This document shows positions 1 through 9,565 of a stretch of 64,000 nucleotides of DNA, one piece after another; positions within the stretch are counted from its first letter, which is position 1, and every line of letters starts with the position of its first letter. Both the position numbers and the translations under genes were made by a program. This DNA comes from a virus. Below the pieces are notes generated by a model, which was given only the letters and a program-made list of their open reading frames with translations, searched no databases and was not told the origin of the DNA. The stretch is taken from the IMG/VR virus record IMGVR_UViG_3300045988_106519, positions 1 through 64,000 of that record; one strand, 5' to 3'.

Positions 1-3000
1 GTAGAGCCTTGAGACTTATGAACAGTCATGGCATAGCCAAAGTCAATGGTCTTAGCTTGAAGAAGGTTGTGATTACTGTCCTCAATATTATCGTTGACAA
101 AAAGGAAGTTATCAATGAAATTGATTCTCTGATAAATCTTAGCTTTAGCATCTCTACCAACAGCATGTTTAGCTTCAGCCCAAAGCATTTTCTTCTCATT
201 AGCAAGCTGTATAGCTGCTTGAAGGTTAGAAGGATTGCTCTTGATGTCAATGAAGTTAAAGGTGTCAATATTACCTAAAGAATCCTCAAGTGTAAGAGGA
301 ATAACCTCCATAGTAACAGCAGTACCATCATTAAGGTTTGTTGTTATTTTATGAGATTTGTCTACCTTAGACACTTTGTAAGACTCAGAGTTGATGAAAC
401 GGTAAGACTTTGTTTTCCATTCATATCCCCAGTTGTTATAACCAGTCATAGGCTCACCTATTTGTGGGATAGGAGAAGTGTAGCCAAGGAGTTCTCTGAC
501 TTGATTGTTATAAGCAGATACAGCCTTGTTAGTGAAAGCAAGAATCCTAAAGTAGTTAGAGTTATGCTTCAAACCTTTGACATAATGAGCAACAACATTG
601 TTGATTTCGTCCTGATGATTAGGAGAGATATAGGCAACACCTTCACCCTTATCATTAAAGGATGAAATACCAGATAGAGGATTACCATTACGAAGTTCAG
701 TAGCTTCCTTTAGGATAGCATTATCATCAGTACGCTCAACTTGAGTAAGAGTAATGACTTTACCCTCACCATTGCGGAAGACCTTTGATATTTTATCCTC
801 ACCTACAGGAGCAAGTTGTGCAGAGTCTCCTACATAAATAATCTTAAGGTCATTCTGTTTGGCAATGTTGTTAAGAATACCATAATTCTCCTCATTAATC
901 ATTGACGCCTCATCAATAATAACTGTAGTGCCAGGAGTAATATCAGCATCCTTCAGTACATTCACTAAATTGCGTGCATTGTAGGTATTACTTTTAGAAT
1001 CAACTTCAACACTGATGCCAAATACTTTGTTAAGAGTAGCAGCCTTGAAACCAGCCTTAGAAACACGTTCATTAAGAACAGCAGCAGCCTTATTAGTAGT
1101 GGCACAGAAGACCACAGGACGATACTGTTTTCTACCTTTCTGAGCAATCATTTCCATAAGAGAAGTCTTGCCAGTGCCAGCATAGCCAGAGAGAGTCATA
1201 GAAGTTTCATTGGACTTCATGAATCTATCCATTTCATTAAGAGCATCTATTTGCTGAGCATTAGGCTTGAAAGGAGCTTTAACCTTAGTGCCATCAGCAA
1301 ATGTAAAGTCTTGAGGTACAGGCTTACCACTATGCTCCTGCTTAGGTCCAATGTCATTAACAAGGTCATAGTCAACAGATTCCTGCTTAATAAGATCTGT
1401 TTCATCTTTCAGCTGAGAAGAAGACATAGAATTAATGAATCTTTGTGCTTGATTCTCAACATCATCCATAATATTATTTCCCATAGACTCATCCTCAAAC
1501 TTAGCAAAACAGTCTATTACAGCTAAGGAACCATCAGGTTGTTTAATAACATTCTCTGGACGAATATCAGTAACAAGATAACCATCCTTGGTATATTCAG
1601 CATTAATGCCTTTACCCTTAGACAATGTGAATCCAAGAGTATTAATCATATAATTCTGAATTTCTTGAAGAGTAGGAATGTTATCACTATCTTCAATTAA
1701 TGGTTGCTCAATAATAAGACTAATACCCTTATCTGATGTACCAATCTTTTTCAGAGTCATGGCTGTTGATGGAAATGCTACATTATGTATAGCAATTCTA
1801 TCGAGAAGAGCCTTTATATTTTGATAATGGTTGGGAGAGACATTCTTTATAACAACTCCTTTCTTTTGGTCTATCCATACTTTTGACTCTGTACCATGCA
1901 AACTCTGGTCATTGAAAACCTCATCATAATAATCATTAGGCTCATATATGAGCTGATGATTTTTCTCTGCCCAATCTAAGAGTTGGCGTTGCTGTCTTGC
2001 AGCTTCTTCATAGCCTCTTTCTCGTAGGCTCTTGCCTTCATTTGTCTTTCCTTCATTTTCTCTATGATACTTTTGTTCTCCTTCTTGAAGGCTTCTGTAG
2101 ATCTGTAAGAATAGTCTTCCTGCTGATTTGATTGCTTTGTCATATTTCACAAGTTTTTTATTTTCTAAACGCTGATTTGTCTGATTTATTGTGTTATTAG
2201 CTACTTCTTTTCTGAGTTGGCTCTTGATACCATTATAACGCATGTAGGTATCAATGTCAAAGGCATTAAGAGCCTTGTCAAGAGCATTCATTGAACGTTG
2301 ATAATAAGTGTCAGAGGTATGGATACCCAAGAGAGACTTAAAAGCATCAAGAATCCTTGACCAGAAAGACTTGTTAGCTTTGGTTTGCTTATCAATCTCT
2401 TGAATCTTATCTCTGAAGACAGGGTTAGCAAGTTCAGCAACAAACTCAAAGGCATCAACAATACCTCTTTCACCTTTAAGGAGAGGATTGTTTTTGAGGT
2501 CTTGGTAAAGAGAGCTAATCTCTGTACGGAACTCCTGCAAAGCTTCAGGTCTCTTCCAATTCTCTGTTTTATTAGAAAGAGCATACATAGAAAGAGCATG
2601 CAGAAGTTCATGAAGAATAATAGGAGCCTTTTTATTTGTTAAAGTATTGTTTTCAAAGAAGGATTTTTTGAAGATAAGAGAATTGCTATCAGTATATCTA
2701 CCAACAATACCAAAAGGAAGAGTTTCATTAAAAGAAACTTCAATACCTAAGTCCTTAGCAATACTAAAGACTTTATCAGCCAATGCCTTAGAAGTTCTGT
2801 CATCGTTGAACCTGTTGTACAACTCCTGAACCTTAGAAATGGTATAAGTTTGATTGGCAGTAATATCAAGATTAAGCTTTTTGACATCCCTCATAGAACC
2901 AATGTTGTCAAACTCATTAAAGAAATCATCTTTATCATAGTTAGCTTGTTCTACAGGTCGTTTAACAGAAAGCACATAGTTGCCCATGGCATTTCTGTAA

Positions 3001-3305
3001 TGGACAATAGCAGACTGAGGAAAGAACCTTGATGCTTCTTTCCTTGCTGCTTGAAGTTCACTAAGAGACTTGAACTCTTGTGGAGTATTGTACATTTTTC
3101 CCCATAGTTCTCTTACAGACTTACCAGACTCTTGATACTGTGTATTACCAAGTTGAGCTTGGATATAAACATCTGTAGGAAAGAGAGTTTCATTACCAGT
3201 CTCTAACCAATACTTGTGAGTGATGAGTTCAAGGGTATTGTCAGCAAGATTATTACGTGCTGCAAGTGCCTTGAACTCTTTACTACTTTTATTTACACAT
3301 CCCAT
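1..3305 (-). CDS. Large polyvalent-type protein: N-terminal zincin-like HExxH domain plus C-terminal SF1 (RecD/Dda/Pif1-like) helicase; 3' end runs off the window
   Basis: Hand translation of the minus frame. ATG at 3305 (MGCVNKSSKEFKALAARNN...); stop-free in every stretch I translated (3305 to ~2283 and 300-1), the helicase motifs below lie in the same frame, and no minus-strand track ORF interrupts that frame. It is not in the ORF track because there is no stop in the window. Motifs: APIILHELLHALS at ~2598-2612; Walker A SGYAGTGKTS at ~1164-1190; motif II VIIDEASM at ~900-923; motif VI TVHKSQGS at 3-26. Confidence 0.8.
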   Translation of the reverse strand, partial: MGCVNKSSKEFKALAARNNLADNTLELITHKYWLETGNETLFPTDVYIQAQLGNTQYQESGKSVRELWGKMYNTPQEFKSLSELQAARKEASRFFPQSAIVHYRNAMGNYVLSVKRPVEQANYDKDDFFNEFDNIGSMRDVKKLNLDITANQTYTISKVQELYNRFNDDRTSKALADKVFSIAKDLGIEVSFNETLPFGIVGRYTDSNSLIFKKSFFENNTLTNKKAPIILHELLHALSMYALSNKTENWKRPEALQEFRTEISSLYQDLKNNPLLKGERGIVDAFEFVAELANPVFRDKIQEIDKQTKANKSFWSRILDAFKSLLGIHTSDTYYQRSMNALDKALNAFDIDTYMRYNGIKSQLRKEVANNTINQTNQRLENKKLVKYDKAIKSAGRLFLQIYRSLQEGEQKYHRENEGKTNEGKSLRERGYEEAARQQRQLLDWAEKNHQLIYEPNDYYDEVFNDQSLHGTESKVWIDQKKGVVIKNVSPNHYQNIKALLDRIAIHNVAFPSTAMTLKKIGTSDKGISLIIEQPLIEDSDNIPTLQEIQNYMINTLGFTLSKGKGINAEYTKDGYLVTDIRPENVIKQPDGSLAVIDCFAKFEDESMGNNIMDDVENQAQRFINSMSSSQLKDETDLIKQESVDYDLVNDIGPKQEHSGKPVPQDFTFADGTKVKAPFKPNAQQIDALNEMDRFMKSNETSMTLSGYAGTGKTSLMEMIAQKGRKQYRPVVFCATTNKAAAVLNERVSKAGFKAATLNKVFGISVEVDSKSNTYNARNLVNVLKDADITPGTTVIIDEASMINEENYGILNNIAKQNDLKIIYVGDSAQLAPVGEDKISKVFRNGEGKVITLTQVERTDDNAILKEATELRNGNPLSGISSFNDKGEGVAYISPNHQDEINNVVAHYVKGLKHNSNYFRILAFTNKAVSAYNNQVRELLGYTSPIPQIGEPMTGYNNWGYEWKTKSYRFINSESYKVSKVDKSHKITTNLNDGTAVTMEVIPLTLEDSLGNIDTFNFIDIKSNPSNLQAAIQLANEKKMLWAEAKHAVGRDAKAKIYQRINFIDNFLFVNDNIEDSNHNLLQAKTIDFGYAMTVHKSQGS

Positions 3306-3337
3306 AAATGTTATGTTTTACTATTTAAAATTAATGG

Positions 3338-3345
3338 CAAAGATA
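3338..3345 (-). promoter_or_regulatory. Bacteroidota-type -7 box TATCTTTG upstream of the helicase-fusion gene
   Basis: Minus strand reads TTTATCTTTGCCATT about 33 nt upstream of the ATG at 3305. Matches the TAnnTTTG consensus. Confidence 0.3.
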
Positions 3346-3408
3346 AAGAAATTAATTATATGGTTGAGGGAGTTAAGGGATAAGGTTAGAAGATGTTACT
3401 GATTTTGT

Positions 3409-4293
3409 TCAGTAAACAAAAGATAATCCCATTTCCTTGAATTTATCCTCTAAAGAGGTAGCAATCTCTCTTGCCATAGGATGGGCATCTTTAGCACATC
3501 TTCTGTAGAAGAAATTACACCAAGCACTTCCAAAGCCACAAGAGATAAGTTCGGACTTAACAGATAGAGGAAGAACTTCTCTTGCTTGTTGAGGTACTAA
3601 ATATTCTCGTACCATAGTTAAATAGGTTTCTTCAGCTTTACACATTGCATAGAACCATTCATAATCCATCCAATTATCATATCCCCACATAGGTGGAAAT
3701 TCATGATCCTTAGTATAAGTACCTTCTTTAATTGAATCTACCCAATTAGGAATAATGAAAGTTACTTCATTATTAAATCTATCCTTATTGTATGCACAAT
3801 ACCTTGTTGATTCAGCCAAATGACTAAGAGTGACATGAGTTCTGAACTCATCCATTATTCCTCTATTAGTAATAAAATGTACTGTATATCTTTTAGGATA
3901 GAATTTATTATCTTCTTCAGTAAAATAGTTTTTAATACTAGGAAACTGTTTAATAATATTTAAATAATATCTATAATTAGTTGTAATATACATTGTTTTA
4001 TCTTCACAATTACATTTAATCCAGATACTATTAAACATTTTTTCTGAAAATAAAGCATGTATAAATCCTTGGAAATTTGATGCTTTCATTTTAAGATGTA
4101 TTGTGCCAAATTCAAGAGGGCGAGCATGGTCTTTTCTCTCAAGCATATCTACAAATTTCTCATAGGAATCATCTGTAATTTTATCCTCAGATTTATAACA
4201 CACACGTCCACATCTTTCAATGAACTGTTTAATACCTTTAAGAGAAAAATCTGTTTGTTCAAGGATTTCAAAACTTTGCTTAACTAATTTCAT
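3409..4293 (-). CDS. thyX: FAD-dependent thymidylate synthase ThyX
   Basis: 294 aa. GRVCYKS near the N-terminus and a ThyX-like motif FRTHVTLSHLAESTRY (RHRxxSxxxxSxRY type). Confidence 0.8.
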   Translation of the reverse strand: MKLVKQSFEILEQTDFSLKGIKQFIERCGRVCYKSEDKITDDSYEKFVDMLERKDHARPLEFGTIHLKMKASNFQGFIHALFSEKMFNSIWIKCNCEDKTMYITTNYRYYLNIIKQFPSIKNYFTEEDNKFYPKRYTVHFITNRGIMDEFRTHVTLSHLAESTRYCAYNKDRFNNEVTFIIPNWVDSIKEGTYTKDHEFPPMWGYDNWMDYEWFYAMCKAEETYLTMVREYLVPQQAREVLPLSVKSELISCGFGSAWCNFFYRRCAKDAHPMAREIATSLEDKFKEMGLSFVY

Positions 4294-4298
4294 ATTGT

Positions 4299-4484
4299 TT
4301 ACTTTTTGATTTGATACTTTTTCATTTGTTTGCTTATAGCATTAAAAGCTGTTTGTATTTTCTTACAAACATTTTCATCATAAAGACCATTATCTTCTAT
4401 TGATGAAGACTTATATCCTTGTAATGCTCTAAGAAGGTCTTCTCCAATCTTATAGAGAAGACCATGCTTATCGTAATTTGTCAT
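4299..4484 (-). CDS. hypothetical protein (61 aa)
   Basis: ORF track. Co-directional, 5-nt gap to thyX. Confidence 0.5.
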   Translation of the reverse strand: MTNYDKHGLLYKIGEDLLRALQGYKSSSIEDNGLYDENVCKKIQTAFNAISKQMKKYQIKK

Positions 4485-4486
4485 AA

Positions 4487-4588
4487 TTATGTGTTATTTT
4501 GTTTGAGTTGTATAGAACCATTTCCAGAGATTACATAAACTTTATCTTCAAATTTTAGTTCTATAACTTTAACTTGTTTATTTTTCAT
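4487..4588 (-). CDS. hypothetical small protein (33 aa)
   Basis: Hand-found ORF MKNKQVKVIELKFEDKVYVISGNG... Its ATG overlaps the upstream stop (ATGA). Confidence 0.25.
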   Translation of the reverse strand: MKNKQVKVIELKFEDKVYVISGNGSIQLKQNNT

Positions 4589-4749
4589 TGCTGTTCAAAT
4601 AAAGTATTGCCAAAAGTAAACATAAATGCAATTAGTGATATAAAACCATAGAAATAAACAGCACCATCTTTATCAGATATCCAATACACGAATATTTCCA
4701 TAGCAAATATTATGATATATACTATGGCTACTAAAATAGATTTTTTCAT
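4585..4749 (-). CDS. hypothetical small membrane protein (54 aa)
   Basis: Hand-found ORF MKKSILVAIVYIIIFAMEIFVYW...; two hydrophobic segments. Below the 60-aa track cutoff. Confidence 0.35.
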   Translation of the reverse strand: MKKSILVAIVYIIIFAMEIFVYWISDKDGAVYFYGFISLIAFMFTFGNTLFEQQ

Positions 4750-4750
4750 A

Positions 4751-4894
4751 TTAAAAAGCTTCTATATAATCAGCATCAGGAAATGTTGCATAAGCATCAT
4801 CCCATGCAGCATCTCTTTCATGTTCATCATTTTCATCATAGTGATTACTATAAGTTTCTCTATGATTATCCTTGAAATGTATTATGAATGTCAT
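4751..4894 (-). CDS. hypothetical acidic small protein (47 aa)
   Basis: Hand-found ORF MTFIIHFKDNHRETYSNHYDENDEHERD... preceded by GGAGGAATAATT. Confidence 0.35.
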   Translation of the reverse strand: MTFIIHFKDNHRETYSNHYDENDEHERDAAWDDAYATFPDADYIEAF

Positions 4895-4896
4895 AA

Positions 4897-5073
4897 TTAT
4901 TCCTCCTTTACTATTTTAAAATCTTCACCCCAAACAAAAGTGACATCCTCAGGGTCATAGCCTAATGAGGAAAGTATGTCTTCTGTTGTGGCATCATCAT
5001 CATTAATGATGGGATTGTTAGAGGCATTATGAATATTGATAGTATTATTGTGGATTACTACAAGTTGTTCCAT
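4897..5073 (-). CDS. hypothetical small protein (58 aa)
   Basis: Hand-found ORF MEQLVVIHNNTINIHNASNNPIINDDD...; fills the gap between neighbouring genes. Confidence 0.35.
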   Translation of the reverse strand: MEQLVVIHNNTINIHNASNNPIINDDDATTEDILSSLGYDPEDVTFVWGEDFKIVKEE

Positions 5074-5103
5074 ATTATATATTTTTTAAGTTATGTAATA
5101 GTA

Positions 5104-5466
5104 TTATTTTGTGGTAAAAGTTATATTACTAAAAACTTTAGAGAAAGATGATTTCTCCATATACATAAGAGCATGTTCAATGTGGTACTTTTCTTTAAAG
5201 TTTTTGGAAACTCCTACTAATCTACCAGTTCTATAAGGATTATCACCAGTTTCACCATCTCTGACTTCAATAATCAAAGCACCACCTTGATCTACTACAT
5301 TTTGACATTTAGGACAAAGCCCTTGAGAGATTTCTTTTGGAGCTTCTTTATCTCCTTTTAACTTACCTAATAAGGCAATACCATAATCCTTTCCACAACA
5401 GATGCAGTGAAGAATTGATGGATTTAAACTATGTTTAGGACTAAGAAGAATATCATTATTTTTCAT
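5104..5466 (-). CDS. hypothetical Cys-rich (zinc-ribbon-like) protein
   Basis: 120 aa with CICCGK ... CPKC pairs. Confidence 0.5.
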   Translation of the reverse strand: MKNNDILLSPKHSLNPSILHCICCGKDYGIALLGKLKGDKEAPKEISQGLCPKCQNVVDQGGALIIEVRDGETGDNPYRTGRLVGVSKNFKEKYHIEHALMYMEKSSFSKVFSNITFTTK

Positions 5467-5495
5467 GTGTTTCTAATTAAAAGTAAAATATAACA

Positions 5496-5903
5496 TTATT
5501 CCATTGTAACATCAAGGTCATCAATAATCCAACCTTGTGTAGCCTTGGAGATGTTTTTGTAATATCCTAATTCTTTATTGATTACATTTTTACCTTCAGG
5601 AGAATACATCATAGTGAGTTCATCATTAAGTCTGTTGATTTTTTCCTCTGAAAGATGATGTAGTTCAGTAAGTAAAGAGGTAAGGCTAAAAGCTTTTTCA
5701 TCGTTGTTGAACTCATTAATGAAATTAGTATTGTCAAAGCTTTCTTCACCATCAATAATATCATAATTCTTTATTGTTACAGGCATAGACTTGCTTAGAC
5801 AATAGGAGACACAACAGTCTACTTTGATAGGCTCTTGGTCTTTCTGATTCCAAGGAGCCATACGCTCCTCAGACTGAGAGAGTATAGGATAATTATCTTT
5901 CAT
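5496..5903 (-). CDS. hypothetical protein (135 aa)
   Basis: ORF track; co-directional packing. Confidence 0.5.
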   Translation of the reverse strand: MKDNYPILSQSEERMAPWNQKDQEPIKVDCCVSYCLSKSMPVTIKNYDIIDGEESFDNTNFINEFNNDEKAFSLTSLLTELHHLSEEKINRLNDELTMMYSPEGKNVINKELGYYKNISKATQGWIIDDLDVTME

Positions 5904-5917
5904 CTTTCTTGTTATTA

Positions 5918-6358
5918 TTATTTATCAGTATTCAACTCAATATATTTCTGGTTGTACCAAATAGCCTTTTGCTTGTCTTGAATATCAGTACCCTTAGAGT
6001 TAGCTCGCCATTGATACTTGAAAGCATTAAGCTCACAGAAGGCAGATACTTTCTCCTTGCCAAAGACATCGAGCATTACATCAATGCACTCATATTTAGA
6101 GCCTTGATAGTGGGAGGGATGATTGATATTATCCTTTTGAGGAGAATCTTTAGGTTTAGATATAAGTTTTTGAGAGTTATTATAGTTATAAATTTTCTCA
6201 AGTTCAGATACTTCTTTTTCTAATTCATCTACATAACTTGAGAAAAAATCTATATTAATATACTCCTTGTTGAGAAGATTACCAGATATCTTTTTAGACT
6301 TTATCATATCAGTAAGACTATGAATTGTATTCTTTATCTTTTGTATTTCCTGTTTCAT
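5918..6358 (-). CDS. DUF3310-like phage protein
   Basis: NHPSHYQGSKYECIDVMLDVFG...NAFKYQWRANSKG matches the DUF3310 signature as I remember it. The start is moved to the ATG at 6358 (MKQEIQ) to remove the overlap with the upstream gene. Confidence 0.55.
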   Translation of the reverse strand: MKQEIQKIKNTIHSLTDMIKSKKISGNLLNKEYINIDFFSSYVDELEKEVSELEKIYNYNNSQKLISKPKDSPQKDNINHPSHYQGSKYECIDVMLDVFGKEKVSAFCELNAFKYQWRANSKGTDIQDKQKAIWYNQKYIELNTDK

Positions 6359-6380
6359 TTTTCTTAATGTTTTAATATTT

Positions 6381-6641
6381 TTAATAACTATATAATGCAC
6401 CTTTAATGATAGCTTCTCCAAGGAAAGAACTCATAAAACTGTCATAGGGAATTATTTCCTCAGAATCATCACATTCATTATAGATACAGTAATCACCGTA
6501 ATCATTGAAAGTAATTTCTTTAGAACTACGAAGACCATAGTTGAGAAGAACAAAACAATCAAGAGGATTGTTGAAACCATCCTCAATGAGAGCATCAAGT
6601 TGCTCTTGAGAAGTAATTCTTATGGGACTTTGATTTTCCAT
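6381..6641 (-). CDS. hypothetical protein (86 aa)
   Basis: ORF track. Confidence 0.5.
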   Translation of the reverse strand: MENQSPIRITSQEQLDALIEDGFNNPLDCFVLLNYGLRSSKEITFNDYGDYCIYNECDDSEEIIPYDSFMSSFLGEAIIKGALYSY

Positions 6642-6652
6642 AATTATGAAGT

Positions 6653-7390
6653 TTATGAGTTAGTTGATTTGCTGTGGACAATAAGCCAATCAGTAGATTT
6701 TTCATAAGGAACACCTTCTTGATAGTTGATGCTCCAAGGGTAGGACTTACGCATTGCAGTACGTAATGTTTCAATGTCAGCAAGTTTTGCTCTAATGACA
6801 TCTACAGCCTTTATACATCTGAGATTGTTAAGATCAACAGAAGGAGTCTTCTTATCATTCTTATTATAACCAAAGCATTCAGTAGCTTTGTCAACAATCT
6901 CGGACCATCTATTAGATAGATTATTAAGATTGTAGACTGAGAAAAGGTCAGTGGGGTCTTTGTGAAGAGTCTGTTTCATGTCATGACAACACTGAGAAAA
7001 TGTGACAGAAGCAATTTGAAGCATAGTAGATATATAATGAAGAGCAGCAAGACAATCAAGATGTTGCATCTTAGCATTCCTAAAAGAGATATAGAGAGCA
7101 CGATGAAGCTCTTCTTCTTCCTTTTCAAACTGTTCCTCAATATTGTCAGAGAGAATATTCATGTACCTAATATTCTGACTACTGACAGCCATAAGACTAT
7201 CTGGAAGAGCTTCCAGCTGCTTGCCAATTCTATTGATGGATTGCTTAGTAAGATGACGATAAAAAGACTTTTCGGCCTTTATGTCATCAATATAATCCAA
7301 ATAAGCATACCTTGCCATAGTGATGGAAGGTAGGCAACAATACTGGAAGTATCTCCAGATAGTAATTAAATCGTCGTCTGTTATAACCAT
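6653..7390 (-). CDS. hypothetical protein (245 aa)
   Basis: ORF track; sits immediately downstream of the DNA polymerase gene. Confidence 0.55.
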   Translation of the reverse strand: MVITDDDLITIWRYFQYCCLPSITMARYAYLDYIDDIKAEKSFYRHLTKQSINRIGKQLEALPDSLMAVSSQNIRYMNILSDNIEEQFEKEEEELHRALYISFRNAKMQHLDCLAALHYISTMLQIASVTFSQCCHDMKQTLHKDPTDLFSVYNLNNLSNRWSEIVDKATECFGYNKNDKKTPSVDLNNLRCIKAVDVIRAKLADIETLRTAMRKSYPWSINYQEGVPYEKSTDWLIVHSKSTNS

Positions 7391-7396
7391 AATAAA

Positions 7397-9565
7397 TTAA
7401 TGTTTCCAAAATGAACCAACCTTTTCTTCAGCAGGAAGAGGAAGTCTGTGGCAATACTTAGCTCCAATAGTTTCCATAAAATGTTTAGTAGCAGCAACAA
7501 CCTCAGAAGTAAGTTCCTTGGGACATTCTTCACAAATTTCATCATGCACTGGAACACAAAACTTAACCTTATTCTGATAACCTTTGTCAAGAATCCAAAT
7601 ATAAAGAGCATAAGTGAACTCCTTAAAAATGACAGCACCAAGGCCTTGAGTTGTGCTATTGACACTATTCTTGTCATACTTATTTCTTGCAGCAAAATGT
7701 TCATTAGCTTCTTCAGTTCTTGGTAGACCAGCAGCTTTTCTTTCTCTATATTCATCCCAAAACTCTTTAGAGTGTTGACGTTTGTTCCACTTCTTCCAAT
7801 CCCACCAACGAGAAATATGACCAGTTTCACGGCATATTCTGATGATACCAGTAGACTCAGTATACTTCTTACATTGTTCTTGATATCTTGTGGCACCAGC
7901 AAAACCTTTTTTATAGTATTCTTCTATCCTCATGGCTTCTTCTTTAGACATACCATAGTTAGCTACAAGAGTAGCCCAAGTACCAAGGAAAGCAAAAGTA
8001 AACTCAGGTCCTTTAGCATCTTGTCTAAGAGAATGATATTTCTGCTTAATACTACTAATATCAACATCACGAGGAATTATTTCAGGATAGATAAGCCATG
8101 CTACATAGCTGTGCATGTCATAACCCTTCTCAAAAACCTCAAGCATACCTTTATCTCCAGATAGACTTGCAAGAAGTCTTGATTCCTCACTGTTATAGTC
8201 TATAGAGATAAAATCATTGCCTTCTTCTGCAATAAAGCAAGAACGGACTTCATCAGTATTAGGGAGATTCTGAATTTGAGGATAAGCACAAACCTCTTCA
8301 GGATGACCTTTTTTAGGTTGTAAGGGAAATCCTTTGAGAGTAGCTAAATCCTCATTCTGCTTTTGTGAACCACAGGAAAGACGGCCAGTGACAGTATCAA
8401 GTTGACGAAACTTAGTATGGATTCTATTAGTCTTAGGATTAATGGCATTGATGTATTGTGGACCATAAGTAGAACAAAGCTTTTCAAGACGAGAAAGCTC
8501 AAGGTATAAAGCAGAGAACTCAGGATTGACATTCTTTTGCTTCTTAACTAAATCAGCACCTTTGCTTTCAGTCTCCTCCTTTTTCTCTTTGTTCCAACCC
8601 TTAGTGTTGTAGCCAAGGAACTTTAAAAGAGGAACAACATCGTCAGTACTATTCCAATTGATATTACATCTGGACTTGTCAGAGGTATCAACTTCTTCAA
8701 AAAGATTTAACTGTATAGTGTCACTGATAAATTTCTTATTACCAAGATTGACAACAAAAGCATTAAGATTGTCCTTAACCTTCTGTAAATCCTTACAATT
8801 TCGCTTATAGATTTCAAGCCACTTGTCAGCATTAATCTTTACACCACAATACTCAAAGTAAGCAATAGAAAGAACAGCACTACACTCAATCTTTAAGGCA
8901 GGCATAGCATTTATAGACTTGAAGTAAGCTATCTGAGCATTCATGATGTCCGCAAGATGAATAACATCATTAGCACCATAAATAATAACTTCCTCAGTAA
9001 TGCCTACATACTTAATTTTACCACGAACAGACTTATCAATATTAATACCAAGATATTTGTAACCAAGAGCATCAAGAGCAAAACTAAGTTCATAATAAGT
9101 TCGGCTTGGACAATTCTTTTTTGCTTTAGAAGTCTTGATATGATAAGGAAAATCATATCCTTGCTCATTATACTCTTCTGGAGAAACAGGGATTCTTGGG
9201 AAACCAAAGTACCTAAGCATTTCAGCAATCATAGTGTCATAACATCTACGAATAAAGATGCCTAAAGCCATAAGCATCTTAGCATCATACTTAAGATTCT
9301 GACCAACAAGAAAGCCTTGTTCAATGACCTCTTTATAGAGAAGAGGATCTATTGTAGTACAATCAACTACAACTTGTGTAGTTTTGTCCATACTACCAAA
9401 CTGCATAATAAGAACCTTTGCGATGTGACAATCAAGTCCTGTATCCTCAGTATCAAACTGAAAGATTTTCCAGGACTTGATTAAAGCAATAGATTCTTTC
9501 ACAGATAATGGTTGAAAGCTATCACTTTCAAATAGAGTTTTTTGATTAGATACAAAATAAATCAT
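7397..9565 (-). CDS. Family A DNA polymerase with 3'-5' exonuclease domain
   Basis: 722 aa. ExoI-like FDTEDTGLD; motif A-like ISIDYNSEESRLLA; motif B-like RQDAKGPEFTFAFLG; motif C VPVHDEI. Confidence 0.9.
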   Translation of the reverse strand: MIYFVSNQKTLFESDSFQPLSVKESIALIKSWKIFQFDTEDTGLDCHIAKVLIMQFGSMDKTTQVVVDCTTIDPLLYKEVIEQGFLVGQNLKYDAKMLMALGIFIRRCYDTMIAEMLRYFGFPRIPVSPEEYNEQGYDFPYHIKTSKAKKNCPSRTYYELSFALDALGYKYLGINIDKSVRGKIKYVGITEEVIIYGANDVIHLADIMNAQIAYFKSINAMPALKIECSAVLSIAYFEYCGVKINADKWLEIYKRNCKDLQKVKDNLNAFVVNLGNKKFISDTIQLNLFEEVDTSDKSRCNINWNSTDDVVPLLKFLGYNTKGWNKEKKEETESKGADLVKKQKNVNPEFSALYLELSRLEKLCSTYGPQYINAINPKTNRIHTKFRQLDTVTGRLSCGSQKQNEDLATLKGFPLQPKKGHPEEVCAYPQIQNLPNTDEVRSCFIAEEGNDFISIDYNSEESRLLASLSGDKGMLEVFEKGYDMHSYVAWLIYPEIIPRDVDISSIKQKYHSLRQDAKGPEFTFAFLGTWATLVANYGMSKEEAMRIEEYYKKGFAGATRYQEQCKKYTESTGIIRICRETGHISRWWDWKKWNKRQHSKEFWDEYRERKAAGLPRTEEANEHFAARNKYDKNSVNSTTQGLGAVIFKEFTYALYIWILDKGYQNKVKFCVPVHDEICEECPKELTSEVVAATKHFMETIGAKYCHRLPLPAEEKVGSFWKH

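Noticed and set aside
1-3400. Absence of long ORFs in the track at both window edges (1-3400 and 62540-64000) suggested stop-codon reassignment, as in some gut phages.
   Set aside because: Hand translation shows long standard-code frames open to the window edges. The track simply omits ORFs that have no stop codon in the window. Many genes here end in TGA, TAA or TAG with coupled restarts.
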